41,590 bases of DNA from Cytophagaceae bacterium (lineage in GTDB: Bacteria > Bacteroidota > Bacteroidia > Cytophagales > Cytophagaceae), in assembly GCA_019746425.1 (NCBI GenBank), contig JAIERY010000185.1, positions 1-41,590 on the forward strand, read 5' to 3'. The notes under the pieces are model-generated. The model was not told where the DNA came from. It was given only the letters and a program-made list of their open reading frames with translations, and searched no databases. A program made the translations under genes and the position numbers. Within the stretch, counting starts at the first letter, position 1, and every line of letters begins with the position of its first letter. Below are positions 1-9,358 of this stretch, piece after piece.

Positions 1-1
1 C

Positions 2-349
2 AAGATTTCGGAATAACTTTAGTGGGCTTTCAGCCCATACCAAACCCTTCGGCTTCAGCCGAAGGTAGTTTAGTTTCAGACTTTCTCTTTCAGCGGTCTT
101 TTTTAGAATGGCGACTTTTAATTTTAACGCTTCAGCATTAAACATTGCTTTTCCTTCAAATGCGCTTTTGATGAGATGGGAATTTTCCTTACTATAGGGG
201 AGGTGCCAAAATTTACGGCTAATACTCCAGCGCGCTCTTAGCTTGTTTCTAATAATGCCAATCAGTTCCTTATCTTGCGGGACAATAATAGTAATATTGT
301 ATCTTCCTCCATCTTTCAGAAGATCCAGAATGATTTCAGGTTTTTCCAT
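2..349 (-). CDS. N-terminal part of a CDS running off the left window edge; possibly the N-terminal module of a Bacteroidota-type tyrosine recombinase/integrase
   Basis: ATG at 349-347 opens a stop-free minus-strand frame to the window edge (absent from the ORF track because it is truncated). Translation is MEKPEIILDLLKDGGRYNITIIVPQDKELIGIIRNKLRARWSISRKFWHLPYSKEN... The ARWS..K.W.(L/I)P pattern resembles N-termini of Bacteroidota integrases as I remember them. No catalytic domain is visible. Confidence 0.3.
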   Translation of the reverse strand, partial: MEKPEIILDLLKDGGRYNITIIVPQDKELIGIIRNKLRARWSISRKFWHLPYSKENSHLIKSAFEGKAMFNAEALKLKVAILKKTAERESLKLNYLRLKPKGLVWAESPLKLFRNL

Positions 350-431
350 AGCTTGATCAAAATTATAAGAATTAAATTTTGATCAAAACAAAAGCTTCTC
401 ATTATGCAGAGCAATTGATTAATTTTTCATT

Positions 432-473
432 CCTAAATCAAAAAGCCCCAACGACGGGGCTTTTTGATTTAGG
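432..473 (-). terminator. Intrinsic (bidirectional-looking) terminator downstream of hpf
   Basis: Perfect 18-nt inverted repeat CCTAAATCAAAAAGCCCC / GGGGCTTTTTGATTTAGG around a 6-nt loop. GC core GCCCC/GGGGC is flanked by an A-run and a T-run, 8 nt after the hpf stop. Confidence 0.75.
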
Positions 474-480
474 AAGATCA

Positions 481-777
481 TTATCGTTCGGTCAGCTTCT
501 CCTTTTGTTTTTTCAGTTGTCTTTTCAACGTTTCGCTGGCCACATCTACTGCTTCCTCAAAGGTGCTTTTCTGCTCCTTTACAATAATAGAAGTTCCTGG
601 AATAAATATTTTAATCTGTACAGATTTATTATTTACTTCTTCTTTTTCAAGTCTTAGATAAACATCACCTCCGGTAATACGGTCATGGAACGTCTCCAGC
701 TTATCTAGTTTTTTCTGGATGAAGTCTAAAAGCTTTTTGTCTGCATCGAAGTGGATGGATTGAATCTGAAGTTTCAT
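481..777 (-). CDS. hpf: Ribosome hibernation promoting factor / ribosome-associated inhibitor (short HPF/RaiA family)
   Basis: 98-aa ORF. MKLQIQSIHFDADKKLLDFIQKKLDKLETFHDRI... is typical of the sigma-54 modulation/HPF fold. Sits in the conserved rpsU-xerC-hpf arrangement. Confidence 0.88.
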   Translation of the reverse strand: MKLQIQSIHFDADKKLLDFIQKKLDKLETFHDRITGGDVYLRLEKEEVNNKSVQIKIFIPGTSIIVKEQKSTFEEAVDVASETLKRQLKKQKEKLTER

Positions 778-804
778 AAGCGTTGAATTTAATGATTATT
801 ATTG

Positions 805-1686
805 CTATTGCTTTCCTGATTTTGGATGAGCCTGGTTAAATATTTCTTTTAACTTTTCTATTGAGTTATGTGTATAGACCTGCGTTGCGGCAAGGCTTGA
901 GTGCCCCAGAAGATCCTTTATGGCATTAAGATCCGCTCCTTTATTGAGCAAATGAGTCGCAAAAGAATGTCTTAAAACATGAGGGCTTTTCTTTTCTACA
1001 GTAGTTACCATTTTAAGATATTGTTTTACTATTCTGTAAACAAACATAGGATACGTTTTTTCTCCCGCATCGGTTATCAGCAAATTTTCACTCGCTGATT
1101 TTTCTTTCTTCTTCTCTTTATATATATCTATGAGGTCAAATAATGTTTTATTTATGGGGATAATTCTTTCTTTGTTTCCTTTTCCTAAAACCTTAATCGT
1201 TTTTTCATATCGGTTGACATCCGATTCTTTTAATTCTATTAATTCTGATAAACGAACTCCTGTTCCATATAAAAGCTCTAACACCAGCTTATCTCTCAGG
1301 CCTTTAAAATCATCCGAAAATTCCAGCTGATCCAGTAGCTTTGATAAGTTTTCTTCTTCCACAAAAGTGGGTAAAGATTTTTTGACTTTGGGGGCCTTTA
1401 TTTTAAGGGTCGGATCTTTTTTAATACTGCCCTTTTTCATCAGGAATTTATAATAAGAGCGCAGGCAGGCAATTTTTCTATTGATGGATTTTGGAGTGAT
1501 TTTATTTTCAACAAGGGTAATAATCCAGGAACGGATTAAATTATAATTGGCCTCTGCAGGATCAGAGATCTGATAAGTTTCTTCTAAATATTTGGTGAAT
1601 TGTAAAAGGTCGGTTTGGTAGGATGTTAAGGTATGTCGACTGTACCTTTTTTCGAATTCTATGTATCTTAAAAATGAATCTACCAT
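805..1686 (-). CDS. xerC: Tyrosine recombinase XerC/XerD family
   Basis: 293 aa. N-terminal SAM-like domain, then catalytic motifs ...GVRLSEL..., HVLRHSFATHLL, LLGHSSLAATQVYTH (R..HxxR..Y signature). Confidence 0.88.
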   Translation of the reverse strand: MVDSFLRYIEFEKRYSRHTLTSYQTDLLQFTKYLEETYQISDPAEANYNLIRSWIITLVENKITPKSINRKIACLRSYYKFLMKKGSIKKDPTLKIKAPKVKKSLPTFVEEENLSKLLDQLEFSDDFKGLRDKLVLELLYGTGVRLSELIELKESDVNRYEKTIKVLGKGNKERIIPINKTLFDLIDIYKEKKKEKSASENLLITDAGEKTYPMFVYRIVKQYLKMVTTVEKKSPHVLRHSFATHLLNKGADLNAIKDLLGHSSLAATQVYTHNSIEKLKEIFNQAHPKSGKQ

Positions 1687-1741
1687 ATCAGTACTGCCAG
1701 CCTGGAGGTGACAGTACTAATATAATAAAAATATCTTAGGA

Positions 1742-1936
1742 TTAGTAGTTTTCCTGAACGTATAGATTCTGTCTGTAAGCAGCTCTGATGATCTGGTTTC
1801 TTCTTGACACAGACTTCTTCTCGTAATAGCTTCTGTTTCTCAATTCTTTCAATACGCCGGTTCTTTCAAATTTCTTTTTAAATCTTTTCAGCGCTTTGTC
1901 AATTGACTCGTTTTCTTTTACATTAATAATGATCAT
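1742..1936 (-). CDS. rpsU: 30S ribosomal protein S21
   Basis: 64 aa. ...ESIDKALKRFKKKFERTGVLKELRNRSYYEKKSVSRR... is canonical S21. Confidence 0.95.
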   Translation of the reverse strand: MIIINVKENESIDKALKRFKKKFERTGVLKELRNRSYYEKKSVSRRNQIIRAAYRQNLYVQENY

Positions 1937-1963
1937 AATCCTTCTTTTTCTGATTTTGGGCTA

Positions 1964-1971
1964 CAAATATA
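1964..1971 (-). promoter_or_regulatory. Candidate Bacteroidota -7 promoter box (TATATTTG on minus strand) for rpsU-xerC-hpf
   Basis: Exact match to TAnnTTTG, 28 nt upstream of the rpsU ATG. Confidence 0.4.
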
Positions 1972-2008
1972 GTATTTTTTAGTTTCTTTGGCAAATCTTA
2001 AAAATTAA

Positions 2009-2047
2009 GTTGGCAGTTGGCAATAGGCAATTTTGCCAACTGTCAAC
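2009..2047 (-). terminator. Hairpin downstream of the acyl-CoA dehydrogenase gene (GGCAGTTGGCAA-word family)
   Basis: GTTGGCAGTTGGCAA ... TTGCCAACTGTCAAC forms a 15-bp stem with 1 mismatch. It starts 8 nt after the stop and is followed on the minus strand by TTAATTTTT. Confidence 0.55.
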
Positions 2048-2054
2048 TGCTTAT

Positions 2055-3194
2055 TTACTTTAATATCTGCTTGGAAATGACAATTTTCTGAATTTCTGAG
2101 GTTCCCTCCCCGATGGTGCAGAGCTTTGAATCTCTATAAAATTTCTCTACCGGGAAATCTTTGGTATAGCCATATCCTCCAAAGATCTGAACAGCTTCAT
2201 TAGAGGCTTTAACTGCTATCTCTGAAGCATAATATTTAGCCATGGAGGATTCTTTAGTTACGGGTAAATGCTCATTTTTTAAATAAGCGGCTTTATAAAT
2301 CAAAAGTCTGGCAGCTTCAATTTCTGTTGCCAGTTCTGCCAGCTTAAAGGAAATTCCCTGAAAGCTTGCAATAGGTTGGTTAAATTGCTGTCTTTCCTTA
2401 GAATATGCCAGTGCAGCTTCAAAAGCCCCCTGCGCAATTCCCAGGCTAAGCGCGGCAATGGATATCCTTCCTCCATCCAATACTTTCATAGCCTGCACAA
2501 AGCCATCTCCAGGCGTGCCTAAAATCTGGCTTTTATGTACCCTGCAATTATCAAAAATCAGTTCAGTAGTTTCTGAGGCACGCATTCCAAGCTTGTTTTC
2601 TTTCTTTCCTGCTGTAAAGCCGGGAGTGCCTTTTTCAATAATGAATGCAGTGCTTTTTTTAGGATCCTTATCAGTAGGTGTGCGTGTAATTACCACAGCA
2701 ACATTGGACGATTTGCCATGTGTGATAAAGTTTTTTGCTCCATTCACTACCCAATAATCGCCATCCTGTACGGCTGTGGTTCTCATATTTCCTGCATCTG
2801 AACCTGTATTAGGCTCAGTCAATGCCCAGGCTCCTATCCATTCTGCGGTAGCAAGCTTGGGAAGGTATTTTTTCTTTTGTTCTTCGTTGGCAAAATTAAG
2901 AATATGGCCTGTGCAAAGAGAATTATGTGCTGCAACAGACAGGCCAATTGATCCGCAGATTTTAGATATTTCTTCAAGGGCTGTGACATATTCAAAATAC
3001 CCCAGGCCTGCGCCGCCGTATTCTTCCGGTACTAAAATCCCCATTAATCCGTGTTTACCCAGTTCCCTGAATAATGGAATAGGAAATTCCTGTTTTTCAT
3101 CCCATTCCATCACAAAAGGTTTTATATGCTTTGCACCGAAATCACGCACCATTTGTGCGATCATTTTCTGGTTTTCGTTGAATTCAAACTCCAT
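2055..3194 (-). CDS. Acyl-CoA dehydrogenase (short/branched-chain type)
   Basis: 379 aa. ALTEPNTGSDAGNM, ITHG, C-terminal IGEGTSEIQKIVISKQILK. Typical ACAD family layout. Confidence 0.9.
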   Translation of the reverse strand: MEFEFNENQKMIAQMVRDFGAKHIKPFVMEWDEKQEFPIPLFRELGKHGLMGILVPEEYGGAGLGYFEYVTALEEISKICGSIGLSVAAHNSLCTGHILNFANEEQKKKYLPKLATAEWIGAWALTEPNTGSDAGNMRTTAVQDGDYWVVNGAKNFITHGKSSNVAVVITRTPTDKDPKKSTAFIIEKGTPGFTAGKKENKLGMRASETTELIFDNCRVHKSQILGTPGDGFVQAMKVLDGGRISIAALSLGIAQGAFEAALAYSKERQQFNQPIASFQGISFKLAELATEIEAARLLIYKAAYLKNEHLPVTKESSMAKYYASEIAVKASNEAVQIFGGYGYTKDFPVEKFYRDSKLCTIGEGTSEIQKIVISKQILK

Positions 3195-3335
3195 GGAAAT
3201 TGTTAAAAAACTTTTGGGTTAAACAATTGGTAAACTCTTAATGTTTTTCTAAATGTAAGGCAAAATAACGATAAGGTTGCAATTAATCTTATGGTTCACG
3301 CCGAATAATTAATAGTTATATTACGTTAAAATTCA

Positions 3336-3343
3336 TAATTTTG
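3336..3343 (+). promoter_or_regulatory. Candidate -7 promoter box TAATTTTG for the nucleotide-sugar block
   Basis: Exact TAnnTTTG match, 27 nt upstream of the ugd ATG. Confidence 0.4.
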
Positions 3344-3369
3344 ATCTTATTTAAAAAATATTTACTACT

Positions 3370-4701
3370 ATGAAATTAGCAGTTGTTGGAACAGGATATG
3401 TTGGCTTGGTAACAGGCACCTGCTTTGCGGAGACAGGTAATGATGTGACATGCATTGACATCAATGAAAAGAAGATACAGCAGTTAGAAAAGGGTATACT
3501 CCCGATTTTCGAGCCAGGTCTTGATCTTCTTTTTGAAAGAAATATTAACGAAGGACGATTAAAATTCACTACAAATCTTAAAGAAGCGATCACCGGCGCG
3601 GAGATTATATTCCTGGCATTGCCAACACCTCCAGGTGAAGATGGTTCTGCAGATTTAAGTTATATTTTAAATTGTTCAGCCCAGATAGGGCCATTATTAA
3701 AAGATTACGCGGTAATCGTAGATAAAAGTACTGTACCGGTCGGAACTGCTGAAAGAGTTAGAAAAGCCATTGCCAAGACAACCTCTGTGCCTTTTGATGT
3801 GGTTTCCAATCCTGAATTTTTAAGAGAAGGAGTTGCAGTAGACGATTTCATGAAGCCAGATAGAGTGGTCATCGGAACAAGCTCAAAAAGAGCTAAAGAA
3901 GTGATGGAGAAATTATATAATCCATTTGTAAGACAGGGAAACCCTTTGATCTTTATGGATGAAAAATCTGCTGAACTTACCAAGTATGCAGCCAATGCTT
4001 TTCTTGCTATGAAAATTTCTTTCATGAACGAAATGGCAAATCTTTCTGAAATTGTTGGAGCAAATATTGATAAAGTGAGAATCGGTATCGGTACTGACAA
4101 TCGAATCGGAAAAAGATTTTTATTTCCGGGAATCGGTTATGGCGGAAGTTGTTTTCCAAAAGACGTTTTAGCGCTTGCAAAAACAGCTGAGGAAAACAAT
4201 TACGATTTTAAAATATTAAAAGCGGTAATGACTGTCAACGAAGCGCAGAAGACTATTCTGATGCCTAAAATTAAAAATCATTTTGATGGTAATCTGAAAG
4301 GAAAACATTTTGCAATGTGGGGGCTTGCTTTCAAGCCTAATACAGATGATATCAGAGAAGCGCCTGCACTATACATAATTGAAGAATTATTGGCAGCAGG
4401 AGCAACTGTTACCGCGTATGATCCTGAGGCAATGGAAAATGTGGAAGCAAAAGTCGGCAACAAAATTAAATTCGCAGACAATGCTTATGATGCACTTCAT
4501 GGAGCGGATGCACTGATAGTAGTGACTGAGTGGTCTGAATTCAGATCTCCCGATTTCAAAAAGATCGAAAACTATATGAATGATAAAGTGGTTTTTGACG
4601 GAAGAAATTTATTCGAACCTGAGCAAATGAAGGAACTTGGTTTCCATTATGAGTCAATAGGAAGAGAAGCTGTTAAAGCTTCGGAAAGTGTTAAAAGCTA
4701 A
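3370..4701 (+). CDS. ugd: UDP-glucose 6-dehydrogenase
   Basis: 443 aa. N-terminal GTGYVGLVTG Rossmann motif and catalytic GYGGSCFPKD. Confidence 0.9.
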   Translation: MKLAVVGTGYVGLVTGTCFAETGNDVTCIDINEKKIQQLEKGILPIFEPGLDLLFERNINEGRLKFTTNLKEAITGAEIIFLALPTPPGEDGSADLSYILNCSAQIGPLLKDYAVIVDKSTVPVGTAERVRKAIAKTTSVPFDVVSNPEFLREGVAVDDFMKPDRVVIGTSSKRAKEVMEKLYNPFVRQGNPLIFMDEKSAELTKYAANAFLAMKISFMNEMANLSEIVGANIDKVRIGIGTDNRIGKRFLFPGIGYGGSCFPKDVLALAKTAEENNYDFKILKAVMTVNEAQKTILMPKIKNHFDGNLKGKHFAMWGLAFKPNTDDIREAPALYIIEELLAAGATVTAYDPEAMENVEAKVGNKIKFADNAYDALHGADALIVVTEWSEFRSPDFKKIENYMNDKVVFDGRNLFEPEQMKELGFHYESIGREAVKASESVKS

Positions 4702-4732
4702 TTTTAAATAAGCGAAATCTGAAGAGTTAATT

Positions 4733-5713
4733 ATGAAAAATAACAATATCAGAAAAAGAGTATTAGTCACAGGTGGAGCCGGATTTCTCGGCTCTCATCT
4801 TTGTGACAGGTTTATAAAAGAAGAGTTTCATGTTATTGCAATGGATAACCTTATTACAGGTTCATTAAAAAACATAGAACACCTTTTTCATTTGCCGAAT
4901 TTCGAGTTTTATAATTGTGATGTTTCCAAATTTGTGCATGTGCCGGGGCATCTCGATTACATTCTGCATTTTGCTTCTCCGGCCAGTCCGATTGATTATC
5001 TGAAAATTCCTATTCAAACCCTGAAGGTGGGTTCTCTGGGAACTCATAATCTGCTTGGACTTGCAAAAGAAAAGAAAGCCAGAATATTGGTAGCATCAAC
5101 TTCTGAAGTATATGGTGATCCTTTGGTGCACCCTCAGAATGAAGACTACTGGGGCAACGTAAATCCTATTGGTCCCAGGGGAGTTTATGATGAGGCAAAA
5201 AGGTTTCAGGAAGCTATGACTATGGCTTACCATAGATTTCATGGATTAGAAACTCGTATTGTAAGGATATTTAATACTTATGGACCGAGAATGAGACTTA
5301 ATGATGGCAGGGTATTACCTACTTTCATAGGTCAGGCTTTAAGAGGAGAAGATCTTACAATCTTCGGAGATGGCTCTCAGACAAGGTCATTCTGCTACGT
5401 TGATGATCTGGTAGAAGGAATTTACAGACTCTTGATGAGCGATTATCCATATCCTGTAAATATTGGTAATCCTGCAGAGATTACGATTAAAGAATTTGCA
5501 GAAGAAATTATCAAACTAACTGGTACAAATCAAAAAATTATTTCTAAACCTCTGCCTCAGGATGATCCAAAGCAAAGGAAACCTGACATTACAAAGGCCA
5601 AAGAATTGCTTGGATGGGAACCTAAGGTTTCCAGGGCGGAAGGTTTGAAAATTACTTATAAATATTTTGTGTCCTTACCGGAAAGGGACTTAACCCCGAA
5701 AGAATTTTACTGA
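4733..5713 (+). CDS. UDP-glucuronate decarboxylase (UDP-xylose synthase), SDR family
   Basis: 326 aa. [48 protein letters not shown]. Directly follows ugd. Confidence 0.85.
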   Translation: MKNNNIRKRVLVTGGAGFLGSHLCDRFIKEEFHVIAMDNLITGSLKNIEHLFHLPNFEFYNCDVSKFVHVPGHLDYILHFASPASPIDYLKIPIQTLKVGSLGTHNLLGLAKEKKARILVASTSEVYGDPLVHPQNEDYWGNVNPIGPRGVYDEAKRFQEAMTMAYHRFHGLETRIVRIFNTYGPRMRLNDGRVLPTFIGQALRGEDLTIFGDGSQTRSFCYVDDLVEGIYRLLMSDYPYPVNIGNPAEITIKEFAEEIIKLTGTNQKIISKPLPQDDPKQRKPDITKAKELLGWEPKVSRAEGLKITYKYFVSLPERDLTPKEFY

Positions 5714-5737
5714 TTTTTTAATCAGCATTGCAATATG

Positions 5738-5745
5738 TATTTTTG
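5738..5745 (+). promoter_or_regulatory. Candidate internal -7 box TATTTTTG
   Basis: Exact TAnnTTTG match, 77 nt upstream of the GTG start at 5822. Confidence 0.25.
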
Positions 5746-5821
5746 ACCTTCTATTTACCTTCAGATCCTATAGGATATAAAGTAAATACAAGGTCAATTT
5801 TTTATTTTAAAACATATCAAC

Positions 5822-7111
5822 GTGTACAATAAAATTTTAAATAAAGAAAATTATCTCGCTGTAATCGGTCTGGGATACGTCGGATTACCTATAGCTTTAG
5901 AATTTGCGAAAAAAGTCAAAGTGGTTGGCTTTGACATTAATGCGAAAAGGGTTGATATGATGAAAAATAAAATCGATCCCAGCGGTGAATTAAGCAAGGA
6001 AGATTTTGAAGGCTGCGATATTGAGTTCACTCACAAGCTGGAAGATTTAAAGAAAGCAACTTTTTTTATTGTAGCGGTTCCAACTCCGATTGATTCACAT
6101 AACATGCCTGATCTGAAACCTTTATTGTCTGCCTCTCATACGGTAGGGAAAGCGCTTAAGAAAGGAGATTATGTGGTGTTTGAATCTACAGTATATCCTG
6201 GATGTACAGAAGAAGATTGCATTCCGATTCTGGAAAAAGAGTCAGGCTTAAAATTTGTGAAAGATTTTAAAGTGGGATATTCTCCTGAAAGGATAAATCC
6301 GGGAGATAAGGAACATACACTGGCAAAAATAACTAAAGTAGTTTCTGGTTGTGATACAGAATCTTCTGAGGAGATTTCCAAAGTTTATCAATTGGTAGTG
6401 AAGGCCGGAGTACATAAGGCTTCTTCTATAAAGGTGGCAGAGGCTGCAAAAATTATTGAAAATACTCAAAGGGATCTTAACATTGCTTTGATGAATGAGT
6501 TGTCAATAATATGCGACAAGCTTGGAATAAACACTTATGAAGTGCTGGAAGCAGCCGGCACAAAGTGGAATTTTTTAAGATTTTCTCCCGGACTTGTAGG
6601 AGGTCATTGTATAGGAGTAGATCCTTATTATCTGACATATAAAGCCAAAGAAATGGGATATAATCCCGATGTGATATTGAGCGGTAGAAAGATCAATGAT
6701 AATATGGGTGCTTATATTGCTAAAAAGACAGTACAGCTTCTGGTAAAAGCAGGTAAAGATATATCCAAGTCTAAAGTATTGGTGATGGGAGCTACATTTA
6801 AAGAGAATGTAGAAGATATAAGAAATTCTAAAGTCGTGGATGTGATTAATGAATTAAAATCTTTCAGCGTGCAGGTGGACATTATTGATCCTCATGCATC
6901 TTCTGAAGAGTTTCATGAGGAATATGGTTTTGATTTGAAAAAAGAACCTGGCAATAATTATGATGCCGTATTACTGACCGTATGTCATAAGGAATATGTT
7001 AATCTTGATCCATCTTATTTTACTTCCTTAACAAATAAAAATGCAGTATTTATAGATGTAAAGGGTCTCTATAAGAATAAAATTAATAATATGACTTACT
7101 GGAGTCTATAA
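5822..7111 (+). CDS. Nucleotide-sugar dehydrogenase, UDP-N-acetyl-hexosamine 6-dehydrogenase type (TviB/WbpO/WecC-like)
   Basis: 429 aa with a GTG start. VIGLGYVGLP Rossmann motif and GLVGGHCIGVDPYYL catalytic Cys motif typical of this subgroup. Confidence 0.8.
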   Translation: MYNKILNKENYLAVIGLGYVGLPIALEFAKKVKVVGFDINAKRVDMMKNKIDPSGELSKEDFEGCDIEFTHKLEDLKKATFFIVAVPTPIDSHNMPDLKPLLSASHTVGKALKKGDYVVFESTVYPGCTEEDCIPILEKESGLKFVKDFKVGYSPERINPGDKEHTLAKITKVVSGCDTESSEEISKVYQLVVKAGVHKASSIKVAEAAKIIENTQRDLNIALMNELSIICDKLGINTYEVLEAAGTKWNFLRFSPGLVGGHCIGVDPYYLTYKAKEMGYNPDVILSGRKINDNMGAYIAKKTVQLLVKAGKDISKSKVLVMGATFKENVEDIRNSKVVDVINELKSFSVQVDIIDPHASSEEFHEEYGFDLKKEPGNNYDAVLLTVCHKEYVNLDPSYFTSLTNKNAVFIDVKGLYKNKINNMTYWSL

Positions 7112-7133
7112 AAAACTTAGTGATGAATTACAA

Positions 7134-8192
7134 ATGCGGGTGACCAATATGAAAGAGATAAAAAAAGTAATAGTAACCGGAGGCGCAGGATTTATTGGTT
7201 CCCATGCAGTGGTTGAACTGGTACAGGCAGGATATGAGCCGGTGATCGTAGATAATTTTGAAAATTCATTCCCGATTATTGTAGATGGAATACAGCAAAT
7301 TTTAGGAGATCCTGTCAAAATCTATAAGGTGGATTGCAGAGATAGCAAAGGGTTGCAAAACGTTTTTGATAAAGAAAAAAATATTTATGGAGTGATCCAT
7401 TTTGCAGCCAATAAGGCTGTAGGGGAGTCAGTTGCCGATCCTCTTAAATATTATGACAATAATCTGCAGAGCCTTGTAACATTGCTAAGAGTGATGAAGG
7501 CAAATAATGTGCTGCGACTGGTATTTTCTTCTTCATGCACTGTATATGGCAGTCCTGATAGTTTGCCTGTAAACGAAAGCCTGGAAAGAAAAAGACCAGC
7601 ATCTCCATATGGGAATACCAAAAGGGTCAGTGAAGAGTTAATAGAGGATTTTGTAGCATCATACCCGGAGTTTCAGGCTATATCTTTAAGATATTTTAAT
7701 CCTATCGGAGCGCATCGTACTTCACTTATAGGTGAACTTCCAATTGGCGTACCTAATAACCTGGTACCTTTTATTACACAGACAGCGGCTGGTTTAAGAA
7801 ATGAATTAACCGTATTTGGTAAAGATTATGATACAGAAGATGGAACCTGCATCAGAGATTATATACATGTAGTCGACCTTGCCAAAGCACATGTAAAGGC
7901 CCTGGATGCCTTCTTAAATGTTGATTTTAAGGGAAAAAACGAAATATTTAACCTGGGAACCGGGAAAGGGAACAGTGTTTTGGAAGTAATTAAAACTTTT
8001 GAAAAAATTTCAGGTTTAAAATTAAAGTACAGGCTCGGAGACAGAAGGCCGGGGGATGTTCCTAAAATATATGGGGAAGTAACCAAATCCAGTAATATTT
8101 TAAAATGGAAATCGGAGCTTACCCTGGAAGATTCTATGAGAGATGCCTGGAACTGGCAGCAATATCTTGGAAAAATAAATTTTAAGCCATGA
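7134..8192 (+). CDS. galE: UDP-glucose 4-epimerase
   Basis: 352 aa. VTGGAGFIGSH, YGNTK, RDYIHVVDLA. The true start may be the ATG at 7149 (MKEIKKVIVTGG...). Confidence 0.85.
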   Translation: MRVTNMKEIKKVIVTGGAGFIGSHAVVELVQAGYEPVIVDNFENSFPIIVDGIQQILGDPVKIYKVDCRDSKGLQNVFDKEKNIYGVIHFAANKAVGESVADPLKYYDNNLQSLVTLLRVMKANNVLRLVFSSSCTVYGSPDSLPVNESLERKRPASPYGNTKRVSEELIEDFVASYPEFQAISLRYFNPIGAHRTSLIGELPIGVPNNLVPFITQTAAGLRNELTVFGKDYDTEDGTCIRDYIHVVDLAKAHVKALDAFLNVDFKGKNEIFNLGTGKGNSVLEVIKTFEKISGLKLKYRLGDRRPGDVPKIYGEVTKSSNILKWKSELTLEDSMRDAWNWQQYLGKINFKP

Positions 8193-9244
8193 AGAGAATA
8201 TTAATTACAGGCGGTGCAGGTTTTATCGGATCCCATGTAGTGAGGTTATTTGTAAATAAGTATCCAAATTATCAGATTTACAATCTTGATAAGCTCACCT
8301 ATGCAGGTAATCTCGCCAATTTAAGGGATATAGAAAAAAAAGAAAATTATACATTCATCAAAGGTGATATTGTAGATGCAAAATTCATTTATGAATTATT
8401 CAATCAATATCAATTTGACGGTGTGATACATCTTGCCGCAGAGTCTCATGTGGATAGGTCTATTACTAATCCCATGGATTTTATTTATACCAATATTGTA
8501 GGTACGGTAAATCTTCTGAATGCAGCGAGGAAAATATGGCAGGATAGTTTTGAAGGGAAAAGATTTTACCATGTTTCTACAGATGAAGTATATGGATCTC
8601 TGGGCGAAACAGGATATTTTACAGAGACAACTCCTTATGATCCTCAATCTCCTTACTCAGCTTCAAAAGCAGGTTCAGACCAGTTTGTGAGAGCTTATCA
8701 CAACACTTATAAAATCCCGGTAGTGATTTCGAACTGCTCGAATAATTATGGCCCGAATCATTTTCCGGAAAAATTAATTCCGCTTTGTATCAATAATATC
8801 AGAAATAATAAATCCCTGCCTATTTACGGTAAAGGAGAAAATATCCGTGACTGGTTGTATGTAGTTGATCATGCAAGGGCCATTGATGTAGTTTATCACA
8901 AAGGAAAAACAGGGGAAACTTATAATATCGGAGGACATAATGAATGGAAAAATATTGACCTTATTCGTTTGTTATGCCGTATTATGGATAAAAAACTAGG
9001 TAGAAAAGAGGGAGAGTCAGAAAAACTTATTACGTTTGTTAAGGACAGGGCAGGGCATGATCTCCGTTATGCCATTGATGCGACAAAAATTAAAAATGAA
9101 TTAGGTTGGACACCATCTCTTCAATTTGAAGAAGGGCTGGATAAAACAGTCGACTGGTATCTGGCAAATACAGACTGGCTGGAAAATGTTACTTCCGGAG
9201 CATATCAGAATTATTATGATATGCAATACAGTTCCAAATTTTAA
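8189..9244 (+). CDS. rfbB: dTDP-glucose 4,6-dehydratase
   Basis: 351 aa. ITGGAGFIGSH, STDEVYG, YSASKA, NCSNNYGP. ATGA overlap with galE. Confidence 0.9.
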   Translation: MKRILITGGAGFIGSHVVRLFVNKYPNYQIYNLDKLTYAGNLANLRDIEKKENYTFIKGDIVDAKFIYELFNQYQFDGVIHLAAESHVDRSITNPMDFIYTNIVGTVNLLNAARKIWQDSFEGKRFYHVSTDEVYGSLGETGYFTETTPYDPQSPYSASKAGSDQFVRAYHNTYKIPVVISNCSNNYGPNHFPEKLIPLCINNIRNNKSLPIYGKGENIRDWLYVVDHARAIDVVYHKGKTGETYNIGGHNEWKNIDLIRLLCRIMDKKLGRKEGESEKLITFVKDRAGHDLRYAIDATKIKNELGWTPSLQFEEGLDKTVDWYLANTDWLENVTSGAYQNYYDMQYSSKF

Positions 9245-9358
9245 CCGGATTTTTCATAGAAATTGAAGATCTTGAATTAACAGTCTTTGCTTATTTTTTA
9301 TAAAAAGTGATTGATGGATTTTCAGGATTTCTCAATTGAATGAGATTTTTCATACACG

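Noticed and set aside
379-657. 92-aa plus-strand ORF
   Set aside because: It is antisense to hpf, runs through the hpf terminator hairpin, and has a low-complexity translation.
805-1686. Tyrosine recombinase as a marker of a mobile element
   Set aside because: It has Xer-like length and motifs. It sits in the rpsU-recombinase-hpf arrangement that I know as conserved chromosomal synteny in Bacteroidota, and no repeats or cargo genes accompany it.
3196-3235. Imperfect inverted repeat AATTGTTAAA...TTAAACAATT upstream of the acyl-CoA dehydrogenase gene as an operator
   Set aside because: It is AT-rich and imperfect, in an AT-rich spacer, with no adjacent regulator gene. It cannot be distinguished from chance by eye.
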